Shown: piece by piece, positions 10,150 to 21,872 of the stretch
Layout: each line of letters opens with the position of its first letter
Numbering within the stretch: the stretch's first letter is position 1
Origin: an uncultured Nitrospiraceae bacterium
Lineage (GTDB): Bacteria; Nitrospirota; Thermodesulfovibrionia; Thermodesulfovibrionales; Dissulfurispiraceae
Assembly: GCA_963705105.1 (NCBI GenBank)
Contig: CAVPIW010000007.1
Coordinates: 1 to 64,000 of the forward strand
Reading direction: 5' to 3'
DNA: 64,000 nucleotides
Translations under genes and position numbers: made by a program
The notes under the pieces: generated by a model
Databases searched by the model: none
Told to the model about the DNA's origin: nothing
Seen by the model: the letters and a program-made list of their open reading frames with translations, nothing else

Positions 10150-10720
10150 GTCGCTTCAATGATGCTCTGGAGTTTCTCAGGCCCTTTGGTTGACTGTGAA
10201 GGGGACACTGGTCGCGTTGTAGGTTGCCAGATACTGCAGGAGAAAGGCCCGCAGGGAGTGCGATGTCGAGCAACTTCGCTTCGAAATCCGGGTCCGGACT
10301 GAACGGAAAGGTCCGCACCCGATGCGGCTGCAGGCCCGACGCGCTGAGCACCTCATGGACCGTCGCGGGGGGCAAGCCCAAGTCGCGGGCCAGCGTCCGC
10401 ACCGTCCAGCCACTCGTAGGCCTCGGGTTGCTGGCAGACCCGCTCTTCGATGCGTTGCCACACCTCCGGGCCATGTTTGGGCGGCCGTCCCGCTCGCGGG
10501 GCATCCTGCAACCCGTCGATCCCGGCCGTCGCAAACGCGCGCCGCCACTTCCCGGCGGTGACTTCCGGCATCCCGAGCGTCGCGGCGATCTCCTGGTTCG
10601 ACCGGCGGGTAGTCGCGGCCAGCACAATCCGGCTGCGCAGCGCCAGCGCTTGCGGCGTCGAGGGCAGCGGACCAAGTGCTGCAGCATCGAGTCGGTGACC
10701 GGGTTCAGCGTGATGGCCGG
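10150..10720 (-). pseudogene. IS630-family transposase remnant (HTH part plus extreme C-terminus; DDE core deleted)
   Basis: SNQEIAATLG...KWRRAFATAGIDGLQDAPRAGRP, WTVRTLARDLG, LQPHRVRTF..SPDPDFEAKLLDI, then YLATYNATSVPF. Confidence 0.8.
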
Positions 10721-10779
10721 CGCGATTGGTGGCATCGCGGCGACTCTACACGAACCGGCAAATAACAAAAAGAACTAAC

Positions 10780-12176
10780 AGTACAATGACCAGTAAGCGG
10801 TACTTCGCCCTGAGGAACCTCACGAGATTGCTGGCCGCTGCGGCGCCGAAACGCTTGATGCGTTCGCCCGCCTCGATGACGACGGGGTCATCGCCATGCA
10901 GCGCGATCCCGCTAAGCGGATTGAGTCTCGTGTTCTTCATCCATCTCCGAGCGCGGGTGGGCAGCGCGGGCCCGATCGTTCGAAAAGGTCGCCAGGAAGG
11001 TTGACCAGTAGTCGGCGTTGGCGTCCCAGTATGCATGGGCGGACAGAGCTGATTCTTCTGGTCTTCGCTGTCCACGGTAGCCTCGATCACGCCGAGCGTG
11101 GCGAACTGGTAGCAAGCAAGGCCACGAAGTGACGGCTGGACGGTCACCCGACCGGGCTCGAAGATCGGCCGCAGCACAGGCCGCGCCAGCCCTGAAGCCG
11201 CGCAGTGCACATGAACTGTCTCGCCTGTCGGCACGCTGCCCTCGTCCAGGACGATCCGGTCGCGCTCGATGCGGCGCACATGGCCCAGGCGGACGACGTT
11301 GTCGATGCAGCGCAGCAGCCCCAGTTCGGCCTCGCTGATCAGTGCGCCGCGAAACATGGTCGGAGCGCGCCTTCATCGATGCGAAGGAACAGGCCTCCGC
11401 TTCGACGCGCGCAAACAGATCCTGCATGGACGTGGCTTGCGCCACGGCCTCGAACTGGATCGCCATGCCGCGATAGAAATGCGGGAGCTGGTCATGCGGC
11501 TGGTAGAAGCGGCGGTTCGTCCACCAGGCCTCTCGCGGCCGGATCCATTGGATCGCCGAAGCGTGCACACCCTGCTCCAGCAGCCAGACGCAGGCGTCCA
11601 GGGCCGTCTTGCCCGCGCCGATGATGACGAAGCGCTCGGGGCGCTCGCTGAGGCGCGCGATCTCGCCTGCGGGCACCCAGCGAACGCCGTCGGCCACCTC
11701 GAACGGAGGCGCGCTGGTCGCGGGAATCGTCCCTTCAAATACGTAGTGTCGACCACCTTCCGTCGCACCCGCATTCCACGATTCCTGTGCGAGCCGGGAA
11801 ACAAAGCGGTCCTCCCCCAGGTATTCGCTGCTCGGAAAGTAGCGAACACGGCCGCTGGGCAAAAAGTGGCGATGCATCACGTTCGCGAAGTAAGCCCGGA
11901 TCTCGTCCGCACCGGCCAGCTCGTAGAAGCCGGCGTTGGGCCGGCCATATCGAGGGCGTCTTGCCCAAGCGGGACCGAACTCACTCCATAGAAGGCGGAC
12001 GGCTGATGGAGTCGGACATAGGGATAGGCATCGATCCAGTGTCCGCCTGGGGCGTGGCGGCGGTCGACGATAGTGACCCCGGCGTCGGAATGCGCGAGCA
12101 GCGCGTCGGTGAACGCCATGGCCGCGGCCCCGGCACCGACCACGAGATAGTCCGCTTCGAGCTCTTCGTCCACCAT
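10780..12176 (-). pseudogene. FAD/NAD(P)-binding oxidoreductase, frameshifted
   Basis: DYLVVGAGAAAMAFTD...PGGHWIDAYPYVRLHQPS; second Rossmann motif VIIGAGKTALDA. Confidence 0.85.
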
Positions 12177-12546
12177 TTGGCGATGATACTCGTCGTGGCG
12201 CCAAAGCCGCGCCTAACCGTCGAATGACCGGATGGCGCTAATTCCCGGGTTCCGGTCGCCACCGGGTAGTCCACGGATCCGAATGGCGTGTCGCGGGTGG
12301 TCATTCTATGGGCGCCATCCACGGAGTCAAGACCGGGCGCAACAGCGAGTTGCTCGGACGCCCGCGCGTTCGACCTCCCGAATGGCGCCGGCATCATGAG
12401 CACGGGGTTCAGAGGATAGGCCGCTGGTGCCACTTACGGTTGAGCGCGGATGTCATGGTCTCGCAGGGTTACTCCTGGCTTGTCGCGGTGGCCTCGGCGC
12501 ATCCCAACACCCGCACCTCTGCACGCGATGAGGTTCGGAACGGGGC

Positions 12547-13389
12547 CTACCGCTCGACCAAGTCCACGCGTCGGTTCTTCGCCCTGCCATCCTCCGTCCG
12601 GTTCGAGGCCACGGGCGCCGCAGGGCCCACGCCCATCGCCTTGAGGCGGGAGGCCGCAATGCCGTGATTCGCGACCAGGGCGGTGACCACAGACCCCGCC
12701 CGCGCCTGCGACAGCTGCATGTTGTGCTCGAGCGTTCCCACGCTGTCGGTGTGGCCGACGATGAGCACAGTGAGTGCCGCGTTGGCGTTCAGCAACTTGG
12801 CGATCTCCGTGAGCGCGGACGCCGACTCCGGCTTGATCTCGGCCCTATCCGTATCGAAGTAGATGCCGTAGACCGCCACGTGGCCCGCCGCGGTGATGTC
12901 GCTGGCCATCGCTGCGGCGGAGGCCCGCATCTCCTGCGCCATCTCCTGGGCCTTCACCGAGGTTACCCAGTATCGTCCGCTCCCGGTGGACACAGCGATC
13001 CACTGCGGCCCCTTGCGGGCGGTGAGCGCGGGGTCACCTTCCCACTGGCCGGAGAACACGATCGTGTAGCCGCCCTGGCGCAACGCCGTCTCCGCGTTCC
13101 GAACCACCTTGAGGCGGCTGTAGGACTCGTCGGCGCACTCGTAATAAATGTGCAGCTTCTCGCCCTCGATCGACTCGACCTTGCCCGCCGCGTCGACCGG
13201 GATCTTCACCGCGTCCCACTCCTTCCGCTGGCAGTCGTAGATACGGCAGCCCGAGACCCGACTCAGGAGCGGCGAGTCGCTACAGCCTCGCTTGTCGGGC
13301 GGTGCGTTCTGTCCGCCGAGGGCGGCCGGGGCGAGCGACCAGAGAGCCAGGAGCATCCAACCAAAACGCGCGTTCTTGCAGCGTTCCAT
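12547..13389 (-). CDS. Exported OmpA-family peptidoglycan-binding protein
   Basis: Signal peptide; C-terminal GIYFDTDRAEIKPES...IVGHTDSVG...NMQLSQARA...GRAKNRRVDLV. Confidence 0.9.
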   Translation of the reverse strand: MERCKNARFGWMLLALWSLAPAALGGQNAPPDKRGCSDSPLLSRVSGCRIYDCQRKEWDAVKIPVDAAGKVESIEGEKLHIYYECADESYSRLKVVRNAETALRQGGYTIVFSGQWEGDPALTARKGPQWIAVSTGSGRYWVTSVKAQEMAQEMRASAAAMASDITAAGHVAVYGIYFDTDRAEIKPESASALTEIAKLLNANAALTVLIVGHTDSVGTLEHNMQLSQARAGSVVTALVANHGIAASRLKAMGVGPAAPVASNRTEDGRAKNRRVDLVER

Positions 13390-14061
13390 ATGTCCTCCAG
13401 CTGTGTCTCGGCCAGCATCCAGACCCGTGCCCAACTCCCGCCTCCGTGGGACGCCGGCGCCAGCCTCGGGCGGCGACCGCGGCGGAGTGCCGTCGCGTGC
13501 GAGACACGACAGGTCAGTGTGCGGGAGCCAGCCACCGGCAGGACACCGGCGGGGACCGCGCGACCACAAGGAACCCAAATCGGACGAGGCCAGAGACCAA
13601 GCCTCCCTCCCTGGCGCGTGGCGCGCGACGGGGGCGAACAAAGGTACGCTACGCCCCTGCTGAGGCGCGGTCAATGCTCAGGTCCCGGCATGCGCAGGGC
13701 CCGGCGCGTCAGATCCCGGCCAGATTCCCGACCACCACCGTGAGGTTCGCGCTGCTGCGTCGCGTGGCCGACATGTCGGCACTCGACCGCTTGCGGACCC
13801 TGATCATCGGGGCCTACACTGCACAGGTCGCGGCGGCCGATCCCGCCGAGTAGGCGACTCACTCACCGGATGAACAGGCCACGACTGGCGCATCCTGGTA
13901 TCTCGCCCCACCCCCTGATCCAACCCGAGGACCACGGCCAGGCGTTGAACGTCGGCGGACCCCCTGGCCCCCTCCTGCTCCGGCAACGCTCGTCCCTATC
14001 CCGGGCGAGACGTGGGTCCTCGATCCTGCGCCGCCTACAATGACGGCGAAGCGCTCGGCTC

Positions 14062-14300
14062 ATGGACCCCGACCTCGTCGCCGGGATCACCCGCAAGCAC
14101 GGCATTGGACTGCTGCTCCAGTTCGGGTCGACGGTCACGGGTCACGAGCACCCGCACAGCGACGTCGACCTCGCCGTCGAGTTCGGGGAAGTCCCCGAGT
14201 CGTTCGCCTTGCTCGGCGAGGCGATGGAGGATCTGCAGTCGCTCTTCCCAGGGCGCGAAGTGGACGTCGCCGTCGTCAATCGGGCCGATCCCCTCTGTCG
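14062..14300 (+). pseudogene. Minimal nucleotidyltransferase (MntA-like antitoxin), truncated
   Basis: LLQFGSTVTG...HSDVDLAV...EVDVAVVNRADPL; no HEPN partner follows. Confidence 0.75.
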
Positions 14301-14868
14301 ACGAAGATATCCACGTACCCTGCGCCACCGCGCTGGTCGTCCAGCTCGAATCCCATGTCGATGACCGTCTCGAGCGCCTTCCGATCGAGGATGCGGTCGG
14401 ACAACCGAATGCGAACAACCGGATCGCCGAACTGGCCGACTGCGTCGGAGGCGAAGGCATCCACGACCCTGAGCGACCTGCCGCTCTCGGTGATGACGCC
14501 CGTCGCCTCCGGAGCGGCAGTCCGCGTCGCGGCCAGGACATCGCGAGGTAGCCATGTGACGCACGCGTGACGTCAGGTGCTCACCTGCCGTTGGAGCAGC
14601 CGTGCCAGGGCAACGGGGCGCTGGACGAGCTGCTGGCGCGGTTCCGGCAGACAAAGGGCGTTGCGCTGCGTCAATCGCTCGGTGGACCGCTGCGCGGTGG
14701 CGGATTCAGCCGGACGATGGACATGACGATCGTGAGGATGAACGCGCCGTCGCCCTCGGCGTCAGGCAGGTCCTGGCCTGGTGCCAGCAATCCCCGGGCT
14801 TTGCCGCAACGCAGAAACAGCCTATCGTTGCGATCAACTCTGACTGGAGACAGGTGGAGACAGGACGA

Positions 14869-16566
14869 ATGGAGCAGCCCTCGATGACCCCCGAGGCAGA
14901 CGAGCCAGGCGCCCCGGCGTTGCGCCTCGACGTGATCGCTGGACTCACGGCCGCCGCCGTTGTCCTGCCCAAGGCGATGGCCTACGCGACGGTGGCCGGC
15001 CTGCCGGTGGCCGTGGGGCTCTATACCGCGTTCGTCCCGATGATCGTCTACGCCCTGCTCGGCTCGTCGCGGGTGCTAAGCGTCAGCTCCACCGCCACGC
15101 TGGCGATCCTGGCCGGCACACAGCTCGCGCTCGTGGTGCCGGACGGCGACCCGGCGAGACTCGTCACCGCCGCGGCCGCATTGACCGCGTTGGTCGGCGT
15201 GATGCTGATCCTGGCGGCCGTGCTGCGCCTGGGATTCGTCGCCAACTTCATCTCCGCGCCGGTGCTGACGGGCTTCAAGGCCGGCATCGGCCTCGTCGTG
15301 GTGCTCGACCAGGTGCCCAAGCTGCTCGGCACGCACATCACCAAGCAGGGCTTCTTCCTCGATCTCGTGAGCATCGCCCAGCAGGTGCCCGAGGCCTCGC
15401 TGATCACGCTTGCGGTGGCCATGGCGACCTTCGCGGCGCTGATCGGCATGGAGCGGCTGTGGCCGCATTCTCCTGCCCCGCTTGTCGCCGTCGGGGGCGC
15501 CATCGCGGCGTCCTGGCTGTGGGGACTGCATGCGCAGGGAGTATCCACGGTCGGACTGATTCCGCAGGGACTGCCGTCGCTGACCCTGCCGGACCTCACG
15601 CTGATCGGGCAGTTGCTGCCCGGTGCACTCGGCATTGCGCTGATGAGCTTCACCGAGTCGATCGCGGCCGGGCGCGCGTTCGCCCGCCCCGCCGACCCGC
15701 CGATCGACGCCAACCGCGAGCTGATCGCCACCGGGGCGGCCAATCTGGGCGGAGCGCTGCTCGGGGCCATGCCGGCGGGAGGCGGCACCTCGCAGACGGC
15801 GGTCGTGTGCTCCGTCGGCGGGCGGTCGCAGACCGCGTCGCTGGTCACGGCGGGCGCCGCCGCGGCGACGATGCTGCTGCTGGCCCCGGTGCTGGGCCTG
15901 TTGCCCTACGCGACGCTCGCGGCGGTGGTCATCACCTACTCGATCGGGCTGATCCAGCCGGCGGAGTTTCTCGCCATCCGCAAGGTGCGCACGATGGAGT
16001 TCCGCTGGGCGATGGTCGCCTGCGCGGGCGTGCTGGTGTTCGGGACGCTCAAGGGCATCGTGGTGGCGATCGTCGTGTCGATGATCAGCCTCGCGAGCCA
16101 GACCGCCCGTCCGCCCGTCTCAGTCATCGGCCGCAAGCGTGGCGCCGACGTGCTCCGGCCGCTGTCCGCCGAGCATCCGGACGACGAGACGTTCGAGGGT
16201 CTGCTGATCGTGCGGCCGGAGGGGCGCCTGTTCTTCGTCAACGCGCAACACGTGGCCGATCGGATCCGCGCGCTGGTCGCGCAGCACCAGCCACGCGTGC
16301 TGGCGCTGGACATGAGCCGCGTGCCCGACCTCGAGTACTCGGCGTTGCAGATGCTCATGGAACGCGAGCAGCGCTTGACCGACGCCGGTGCCGTGGTGTG
16401 GCTGGTGGGGTTGAACCCAGGGGTCCTCGAGACGGTGAGTCATGCCGGGCTGGACCAGCGACTCGGCCGCGAGCGGATGCTGTTCAACGCGCGCGCGGCG
16501 ATCGAACGCTACCAGGCGCTGCAGGAGGCGGCGGGCGGCGGGATGCCACCACCTGCAGCGCTCTGA
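14869..16566 (+). CDS. SulP/SLC26 anion transporter with STAS domain
   Basis: DVIAGLTAAAVVLPKAMAYATVAGLP..GLYTA...GSSR; C-terminal GRLFFVNA...LDMSRVPDLEYSA STAS. Confidence 0.95.
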   Translation: MEQPSMTPEADEPGAPALRLDVIAGLTAAAVVLPKAMAYATVAGLPVAVGLYTAFVPMIVYALLGSSRVLSVSSTATLAILAGTQLALVVPDGDPARLVTAAAALTALVGVMLILAAVLRLGFVANFISAPVLTGFKAGIGLVVVLDQVPKLLGTHITKQGFFLDLVSIAQQVPEASLITLAVAMATFAALIGMERLWPHSPAPLVAVGGAIAASWLWGLHAQGVSTVGLIPQGLPSLTLPDLTLIGQLLPGALGIALMSFTESIAAGRAFARPADPPIDANRELIATGAANLGGALLGAMPAGGGTSQTAVVCSVGGRSQTASLVTAGAAAATMLLLAPVLGLLPYATLAAVVITYSIGLIQPAEFLAIRKVRTMEFRWAMVACAGVLVFGTLKGIVVAIVVSMISLASQTARPPVSVIGRKRGADVLRPLSAEHPDDETFEGLLIVRPEGRLFFVNAQHVADRIRALVAQHQPRVLALDMSRVPDLEYSALQMLMEREQRLTDAGAVVWLVGLNPGVLETVSHAGLDQRLGRERMLFNARAAIERYQALQEAAGGGMPPPAAL

Positions 16567-16634
16567 TCAGGAAGGCACCTGCCGAAGTTCCCAAGTCGGT
16601 TCTCGAGGGCCTCGAAGTCGGCCCCGGCCTTGCC

Positions 16635-17444
16635 TCAACCTCCCCACTGCCTGATCCAGCCGCCGATGTTGCGTCCCAGCCAGCGGGGCTGGTGCTGCAT
16701 CCAGAACGTGGCGACCTGGTTGAGCAGACCGCCGACCTGCACCGCATCGCCACGCAGACAGGCCTCGTAGGCCTCGCGGGCGACCTGCGCCGCATCGCCG
16801 ACCACCAGGCCAGGCAGGGGCGCCGCACGACCGGTGGTCACCGACTCCGTGTGCACCATTGTCGTCTCCGTGAAGCCAGGACAGAACGCCGTCACCGTCA
16901 CGCCGGTCTCTCGCAGTTCGACCGCGAGCGCTTCGCTGAACGACAGGACGTACGCCTTGGAGGCGGCGTAGACGGCAATCGTCGGAACCGGCTGAAAGGC
17001 ACTGACCGACGCCACGTTCAGCACGCGCCCGCGCCGCCTCTCGATCATCGGCCGCAAGAACAGGTGCGTCAGCGCCGTGAGCGCGCTGATGTTCAGTTGG
17101 ATCAGGTGCACGTGACTCTCCAGCGAGATGTCCGCGAAATCGCCGTGCACACTGACCCCGGCGTTGTTGACCAGCACGTCCACGTCGATCTTCCGCCGCC
17201 GCACCGTCTCGAACAGGGCCCGCGGCGCAGACGGTCTGGTCAGATCGAGGGCGACCGCGCTGACGTCGATGCCATGCCGGGAGCGCAGGGACGCCGCCAG
17301 GGTCTCCAGTTCGGGTCCTCGGCGTGCCACCACGACCAGGTCAAAGCCCTGGCCCGCGAACACGGACGCCAGTTCGCGGCCGATGCCGGCGGAGGCGCCG
17401 GTGATCAGGGCCGTGTGACGGGGTGCTCTGGTGTCGTCCGCCAT
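16635..17444 (-). CDS. Short-chain dehydrogenase/reductase
   Basis: TGASAGIG, LVNNAG and YAASK motifs. Confidence 0.95.
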   Translation of the reverse strand: MADDTRAPRHTALITGASAGIGRELASVFAGQGFDLVVVARRGPELETLAASLRSRHGIDVSAVALDLTRPSAPRALFETVRRRKIDVDVLVNNAGVSVHGDFADISLESHVHLIQLNISALTALTHLFLRPMIERRRGRVLNVASVSAFQPVPTIAVYAASKAYVLSFSEALAVELRETGVTVTAFCPGFTETTMVHTESVTTGRAAPLPGLVVGDAAQVAREAYEACLRGDAVQVGGLLNQVATFWMQHQPRWLGRNIGGWIRQWGG

Positions 17445-17721
17445 GCTCCGGCGTCGGCTGGGGGCATCGCGCTGATGATCGCGAAGGCGACGCGAGTCGG
17501 CGGTGGCGCGGGGACCCATCGAGCTGAGTCATTGTGGATCAGTTGGTCAAGTGTTGGTCGCGCCCCCCCCCATTTGGCCACGCCACCTACCGGTTCGTGC
17601 TCGCAGCGGTGCTCCCTGCCGACTCGCGGCCCCTATAATCGCAACCACCCGAACATCGTGGTGCTTCATTGCATCGAGGACGAAGACGGCGTCCACTCGT
17701 GGGCTGAGCGGACACGGGTGC

Positions 17722-19166
17722 CTACCGGGAATCGTCCACGGCCCGCACGTCAACGCCGCCGATCGTCGAGGGGAGCTTGCGCAGGACGTAGTCACAAGCC
17801 TCGTCGTCGCCCGCCCCGCACGCGCGCCTGAAGAGGCCCATCGCGACCTCCTCGTCCGGCTCCACGCCGAGACCACGCGAGTACGCGACGCCAGCGTTGA
17901 AGCACCCGAGCCGTCGCCCTGGTCGCAGCCCCAGCTCGAGAAGGCGAGGCCTTGGGTGGCATCGCGCTCCACGCCGCTGCCGACCAGATACATCGAGCCG
18001 AGCAACGAGCACCCGCGGGCCCGCTGCCTGACGGGCTCGACGTCGTCGGGCGGGAGGGTGCGGTTGCAGAGTGCACGGAAGATCCCCGCGGTCCTCGCGG
18101 GATCCGCCGCGACGCCGATGCCGTCCCGGTAGGCCCTCCCGAGGTTGAGGCATCCCAGCAGGTTGCCGGACTGACAGGCCGTTCCGACGCAGGCGCGCTC
18201 GTACAGCTTCACGGCGAGCGCCGGGTCTCGAGCGACGCCGCGCCCGTGCTGCCGCATGAAGCCCTCGTCCGCGCAGGCGGTACTGCTTCCCATGGAGCAT
18301 CCCTCCGCGTACGCCCGAAAGGCGCGATCGTCGTCGACTGGGACACCCCGGCCCTCGTTGTACATGAGCCCGGTGTTGTAGCAGCCGAGCGCGCTCCCGA
18401 GGTGGCAGGCCTTCTCGTAGATGGGGGTGGCCCTGGCGTCGTCGCGGGGCGCCAGGGTGCCCATCGCAAGGGCCGACGCATACAGCAGGCACGCCTGAGG
18501 GTCGTCGAGCGCGCACCCGCGCTCGAGCAGCGCCAGGGCTTCGTCGCGACGCTCGGCTTCCGGACTGAGGATCCGCCCGAGTTCCCCACACGCGGCGCCG
18601 CTTCCGATCCGGCACGCCTCGCGGTACGACGTCATGGCCCGCGCCTCGTCTCGGGGCACGCCACCTCCGGACCACGTGAGCCACGCGAGGCGGTAGCAGG
18701 CCGAGTGCGCGCCCCCTTCACACGCCGCCTCGAAGAGTGCGGCCTCGGGGGCCGGCGTGATCTTCGGCTGAATGAGCGTGGCGCCCCGATACACCTCGAG
18801 ATCGTAGGGCTCGCAGCTGCGCCCGAGGGCGAACTCGCTCGCGCACGCGGTGGCGATGGTGAGCCCGTTCACCGCCGTGATCACGTCGCCGACGCGCAGC
18901 CCGGCCCTCATGGCTGGACCGTCCGGCAGGAGTTCGGCAATCACCGCACCCTGGACGTGGTCCGGCACGGCGAATCGCGTCCGCCACGCCCCGGAGAGCC
19001 CGGTGACCTCGATGCCGACCGCCCCGCGACAGTTGGCGACGTCCTGGCCGACGCGGCCGTCGAGCGCGCGACGCACCACGACAGTGCCAATCGCGATGGC
19101 GGACGCGATCACGAGCACCAGCGTGACGACCCCGGAGGTCCTGACCATCGTGGCGACATCGTACAC
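17722..19166 (-). CDS. Membrane-anchored PDZ plus Sel1-repeat protein (frameshift near the C-terminus)
   Basis: N-terminal TM, GPAMRAGLRVGDVITAVNG PDZ, repeated AC.LG...GCYN.G.MY..G.GV..D Sel1 units. Confidence 0.85.
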
Positions 19167-19495
19167 CGCCGGCGCGCGCGTCCCCCGGAGGGTCGTGGCA
19201 GCGGCCGTCGAAGACGCAGCTCCGGGTCAGGGGCGATCCCCGTCGGATTGGTGTTACGCTGCAGCATTCGTCCACCTGCCCCATCGTTGGTCTTCCACGG
19301 GGAATGCCGGCGTGACGCGACGACCGGCGACGAGGTCGCGTGGACGACCCGGGACGCACTGCCGCACGATCGCCGCCACCAACAGGGGCGGCGTCGACTA
19401 CGCCGGGCTGTGACGGCGCGCGCCTGGCACATCCTGGCGGCTGTCGCCCCCGGAAGCCCGGTACCTGTTGTGGTCCGAAAGGAGGCGTCGGGTCA

Positions 19496-21352
19496 ATGTC
19501 GCTGAGCAAGCTTCGCATTTTGGTGGTCGGGGCGGATCGCGTGTGGCTGCGCTTCTCGAGGTTGCCCAGGGCGGGCGAGTTCCGGTCCGATCGATGGCCG
19601 CACGAGCCCCTGTCGGACACGGGCAACGGCTGGTGGGAGGCGGACCTCGCCACCCTGTCGCTTGCGGACGGCTCGTACGAGTACGAGTTCGTGATCGAGC
19701 GACCGGGCCAACGGCCACGCGCCGTCGCAGACCCGTATGCGGAGAGCATCACCCGGTTCTCCGGCCACCGCGGGGTGTTCCACGTCCGCAACGGTCACCG
19801 CGTGCGGCTGCCGTTCGACTGGAGCGACGAACTCCCGCCCTCCGGGCTCCCGCAGAACAACCGGCTGGTCCTCTACGAGCTCCCCATGCGCTGGGTCGAT
19901 GCCGGCGAAGACGGGCTGAGCCGGCAGGTCGGCCTGGGCACGTTCGACAAGGCCGTCTTCGAACTGCTCGACGCGACCATCGTGCCGCTCGGCGTCAACG
20001 CCATCGAACTGCTGCCCGTTCAAGATTCTCCAGACACGCTCAATTGGGGCTACGGCACCCGGTTCTTCCTGGCTCCGGACGTGGACATGGGCGAGCCTTT
20101 CGACCTCAAGCTGCTCGTCCGCGAGTGCCATCGCCGCGGGATTCGCGTGATCCTGGACGTCGTGATGAACCACGCGAAGAAGTGCCCGTTGAGAGAACTG
20201 GCGTTCAGCTCGTTCTTCCTGGACGACGGAGGAGAAGAGCCCGACCCCAACGGGGACCCGAGATCCGGGTGGGGCGGCGACATCTTCCGCTATCGGTCCG
20301 TCGGCGCGGCGCGCGCATTCCAATTCGGCGTCGCCGAGTTCCTCGTCAAGCAGTACCACATCGACGGATTCCGCCTCGACGAATTCAAGGGCATTGACAA
20401 CTACGAGTTCGTCCAGGACTTCACCGACCACGCATGGGCGGTACAGCAGGCCACGTTCCCCGGACGCCCGTTCATCGTGATCGCAGAGGACTCGTGGCGG
20501 CGGTCGGCCATCACGGGAACCAACGCCTACAGAAGCCGACGCGTGGTCGACAGCATGTGGGACTTCGACTTCCGCGACGACGTGAGACGGCTCGTGTCCG
20601 ACACGCTCTGGACGAAGCCCGGCGAGGACTCACGCAGCGAGCGCGTCCGCAAGCTGCTGCGGACCGGCGACTTCGCCGACCTGGCGCAGCACGTGGTCTA
20701 CTGCACGTCCCATGACGTCCAGGCCGACCTGGAGCAGCGCCTGTTCTCGTTCTTCCTGCAGGTGTCTGGAGCGGAGCCGCTGGAGCGGCCCGACGTGACA
20801 TCGCTGGCCCTCGAGCAGGTGCATGCCGCGTTCGCGCTGACGCTCACCGCGGCGGGCCTCCCCATGTTCCTCGCAGGTGAGGAGTTCGCCGACCTCCACG
20901 ACACCGATCGTCGAGACTGGCGCAGGAAGATGTCCGATCCCGTCGATTGGGCCAGGGCGAGGTTGCCCGGCCGGCGGGAACTCCAGGCCAGGATTCAGGA
21001 TCTGGTGCGGTTGCGAACAGCGCACCCGGCACTGCACCGCAACGAGGTCGAGTTCTTCGGCTTGAACACGAGCCACAATCCCGGGTTCCATCCTGCATTC
21101 GACGACAACGAGTCCGAGCGCCTGTTCGCGTGCTGCCGCACGGGCGGCCAGCCGCTCGGCTCCGGCGGCCAGGTGATCGTCGTGGCGAACTGCCGCGGGC
21201 AGGACTACCCGTCCGTGTCACTGGATTGGCCTTGGGGCTTTCGACCGAGCCTGCGGGAACGCGGCGGACGCAACCAGACGATGCCATTTGTCTCGGCTGG
21301 GCAGGCCACGTTCCCGCTGTCACCCTTCCAGGTGCGGGTGTTCGAGGTGTGA
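19496..21352 (+). CDS. GH13 alpha-amylase-family glycosyl hydrolase
   Basis: DPYA, GVNAIELLPVQ, NWGY, LDVVMNH, DGFRLDE, IAED, SHD motifs; AAAGGAGG RBS. Confidence 0.93.
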   Translation: MSLSKLRILVVGADRVWLRFSRLPRAGEFRSDRWPHEPLSDTGNGWWEADLATLSLADGSYEYEFVIERPGQRPRAVADPYAESITRFSGHRGVFHVRNGHRVRLPFDWSDELPPSGLPQNNRLVLYELPMRWVDAGEDGLSRQVGLGTFDKAVFELLDATIVPLGVNAIELLPVQDSPDTLNWGYGTRFFLAPDVDMGEPFDLKLLVRECHRRGIRVILDVVMNHAKKCPLRELAFSSFFLDDGGEEPDPNGDPRSGWGGDIFRYRSVGAARAFQFGVAEFLVKQYHIDGFRLDEFKGIDNYEFVQDFTDHAWAVQQATFPGRPFIVIAEDSWRRSAITGTNAYRSRRVVDSMWDFDFRDDVRRLVSDTLWTKPGEDSRSERVRKLLRTGDFADLAQHVVYCTSHDVQADLEQRLFSFFLQVSGAEPLERPDVTSLALEQVHAAFALTLTAAGLPMFLAGEEFADLHDTDRRDWRRKMSDPVDWARARLPGRRELQARIQDLVRLRTAHPALHRNEVEFFGLNTSHNPGFHPAFDDNESERLFACCRTGGQPLGSGGQVIVVANCRGQDYPSVSLDWPWGFRPSLRERGGRNQTMPFVSAGQATFPLSPFQVRVFEV

Positions 21353-21482
21353 ACGACGCGCCGGCGGACCCTGAAAGGGCCGGCTGCCCACCCGACGCGC
21401 TGCCCCACATCGAGGCCTCCTGGCGACGAAGCCCGAGGAGTCCACCCGACACGCGGGTGGTTCCTCATCGCCTTGTCTTCCT

Positions 21483-21872
21483 CTACCCGCCTTTCGGGCA
21501 GGGCCACTGCGGGCACTTCGCCAACCGAACCACCTTGAAGATCGCATACATCAGGTCGGCGGAGCCGGGCTCTTCCGTGGGACTGCTGTCGTCACCGGAA
21601 CTCGGACTCGCGGACACCTTGACCGCCTTGGCAGCGCCGCGCCCGTCCGTGTAGCTGAGAACCAGTTCCTTGACCTCCTCGCGCTCCGCAAGCGACAGCG
21701 CGACACGCGGGCTGGCCTCGAACTCGTCGATGAATCCGTCGACCTCGTCACCGGCGCTGTCCTTGTCTCTGTCGAACAGGGCCTGAGCCCAAGCCTCACT
21801 GAAGCACATTCGGCCAATCATCGCCTGCAACAGGGTCTTCTGAACGGTCGTCAACTCAGCTCGTGTCGCCAT
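21483..21872 (-). CDS. Small hypothetical protein (129 aa) with a C-terminal CPQWPC motif
   Basis: ATG overlaps the kinase stop (TGATG) with an AAGGAG RBS; helical N-terminus LLQAMIGRMCFSEAWAQALF. Confidence 0.75.
   Translation of the reverse strand: MATRAELTTVQKTLLQAMIGRMCFSEAWAQALFDRDKDSAGDEVDGFIDEFEASPRVALSLAEREEVKELVLSYTDGRGAAKAVKVSASPSSGDDSSPTEEPGSADLMYAIFKVVRLAKCPQWPCPKGG

Noticed and set aside
107..12176. Widespread programmed frameshifting or genuine pseudogenisation of the left-hand genes
   Set aside because: Frameshifts are scattered single-base indels across unrelated genes, as expected from low-coverage long-read error. Only the reconstructed IS3 A8-G site has the proper signal, so the pseudogene labels are provisional.
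21483..21872. Confident RiPP precursor call
   Set aside because: No radical SAM, YcaO, lanthipeptide synthetase or peptidase-transporter gene is nearby, so it is kept only as a hypothesis.
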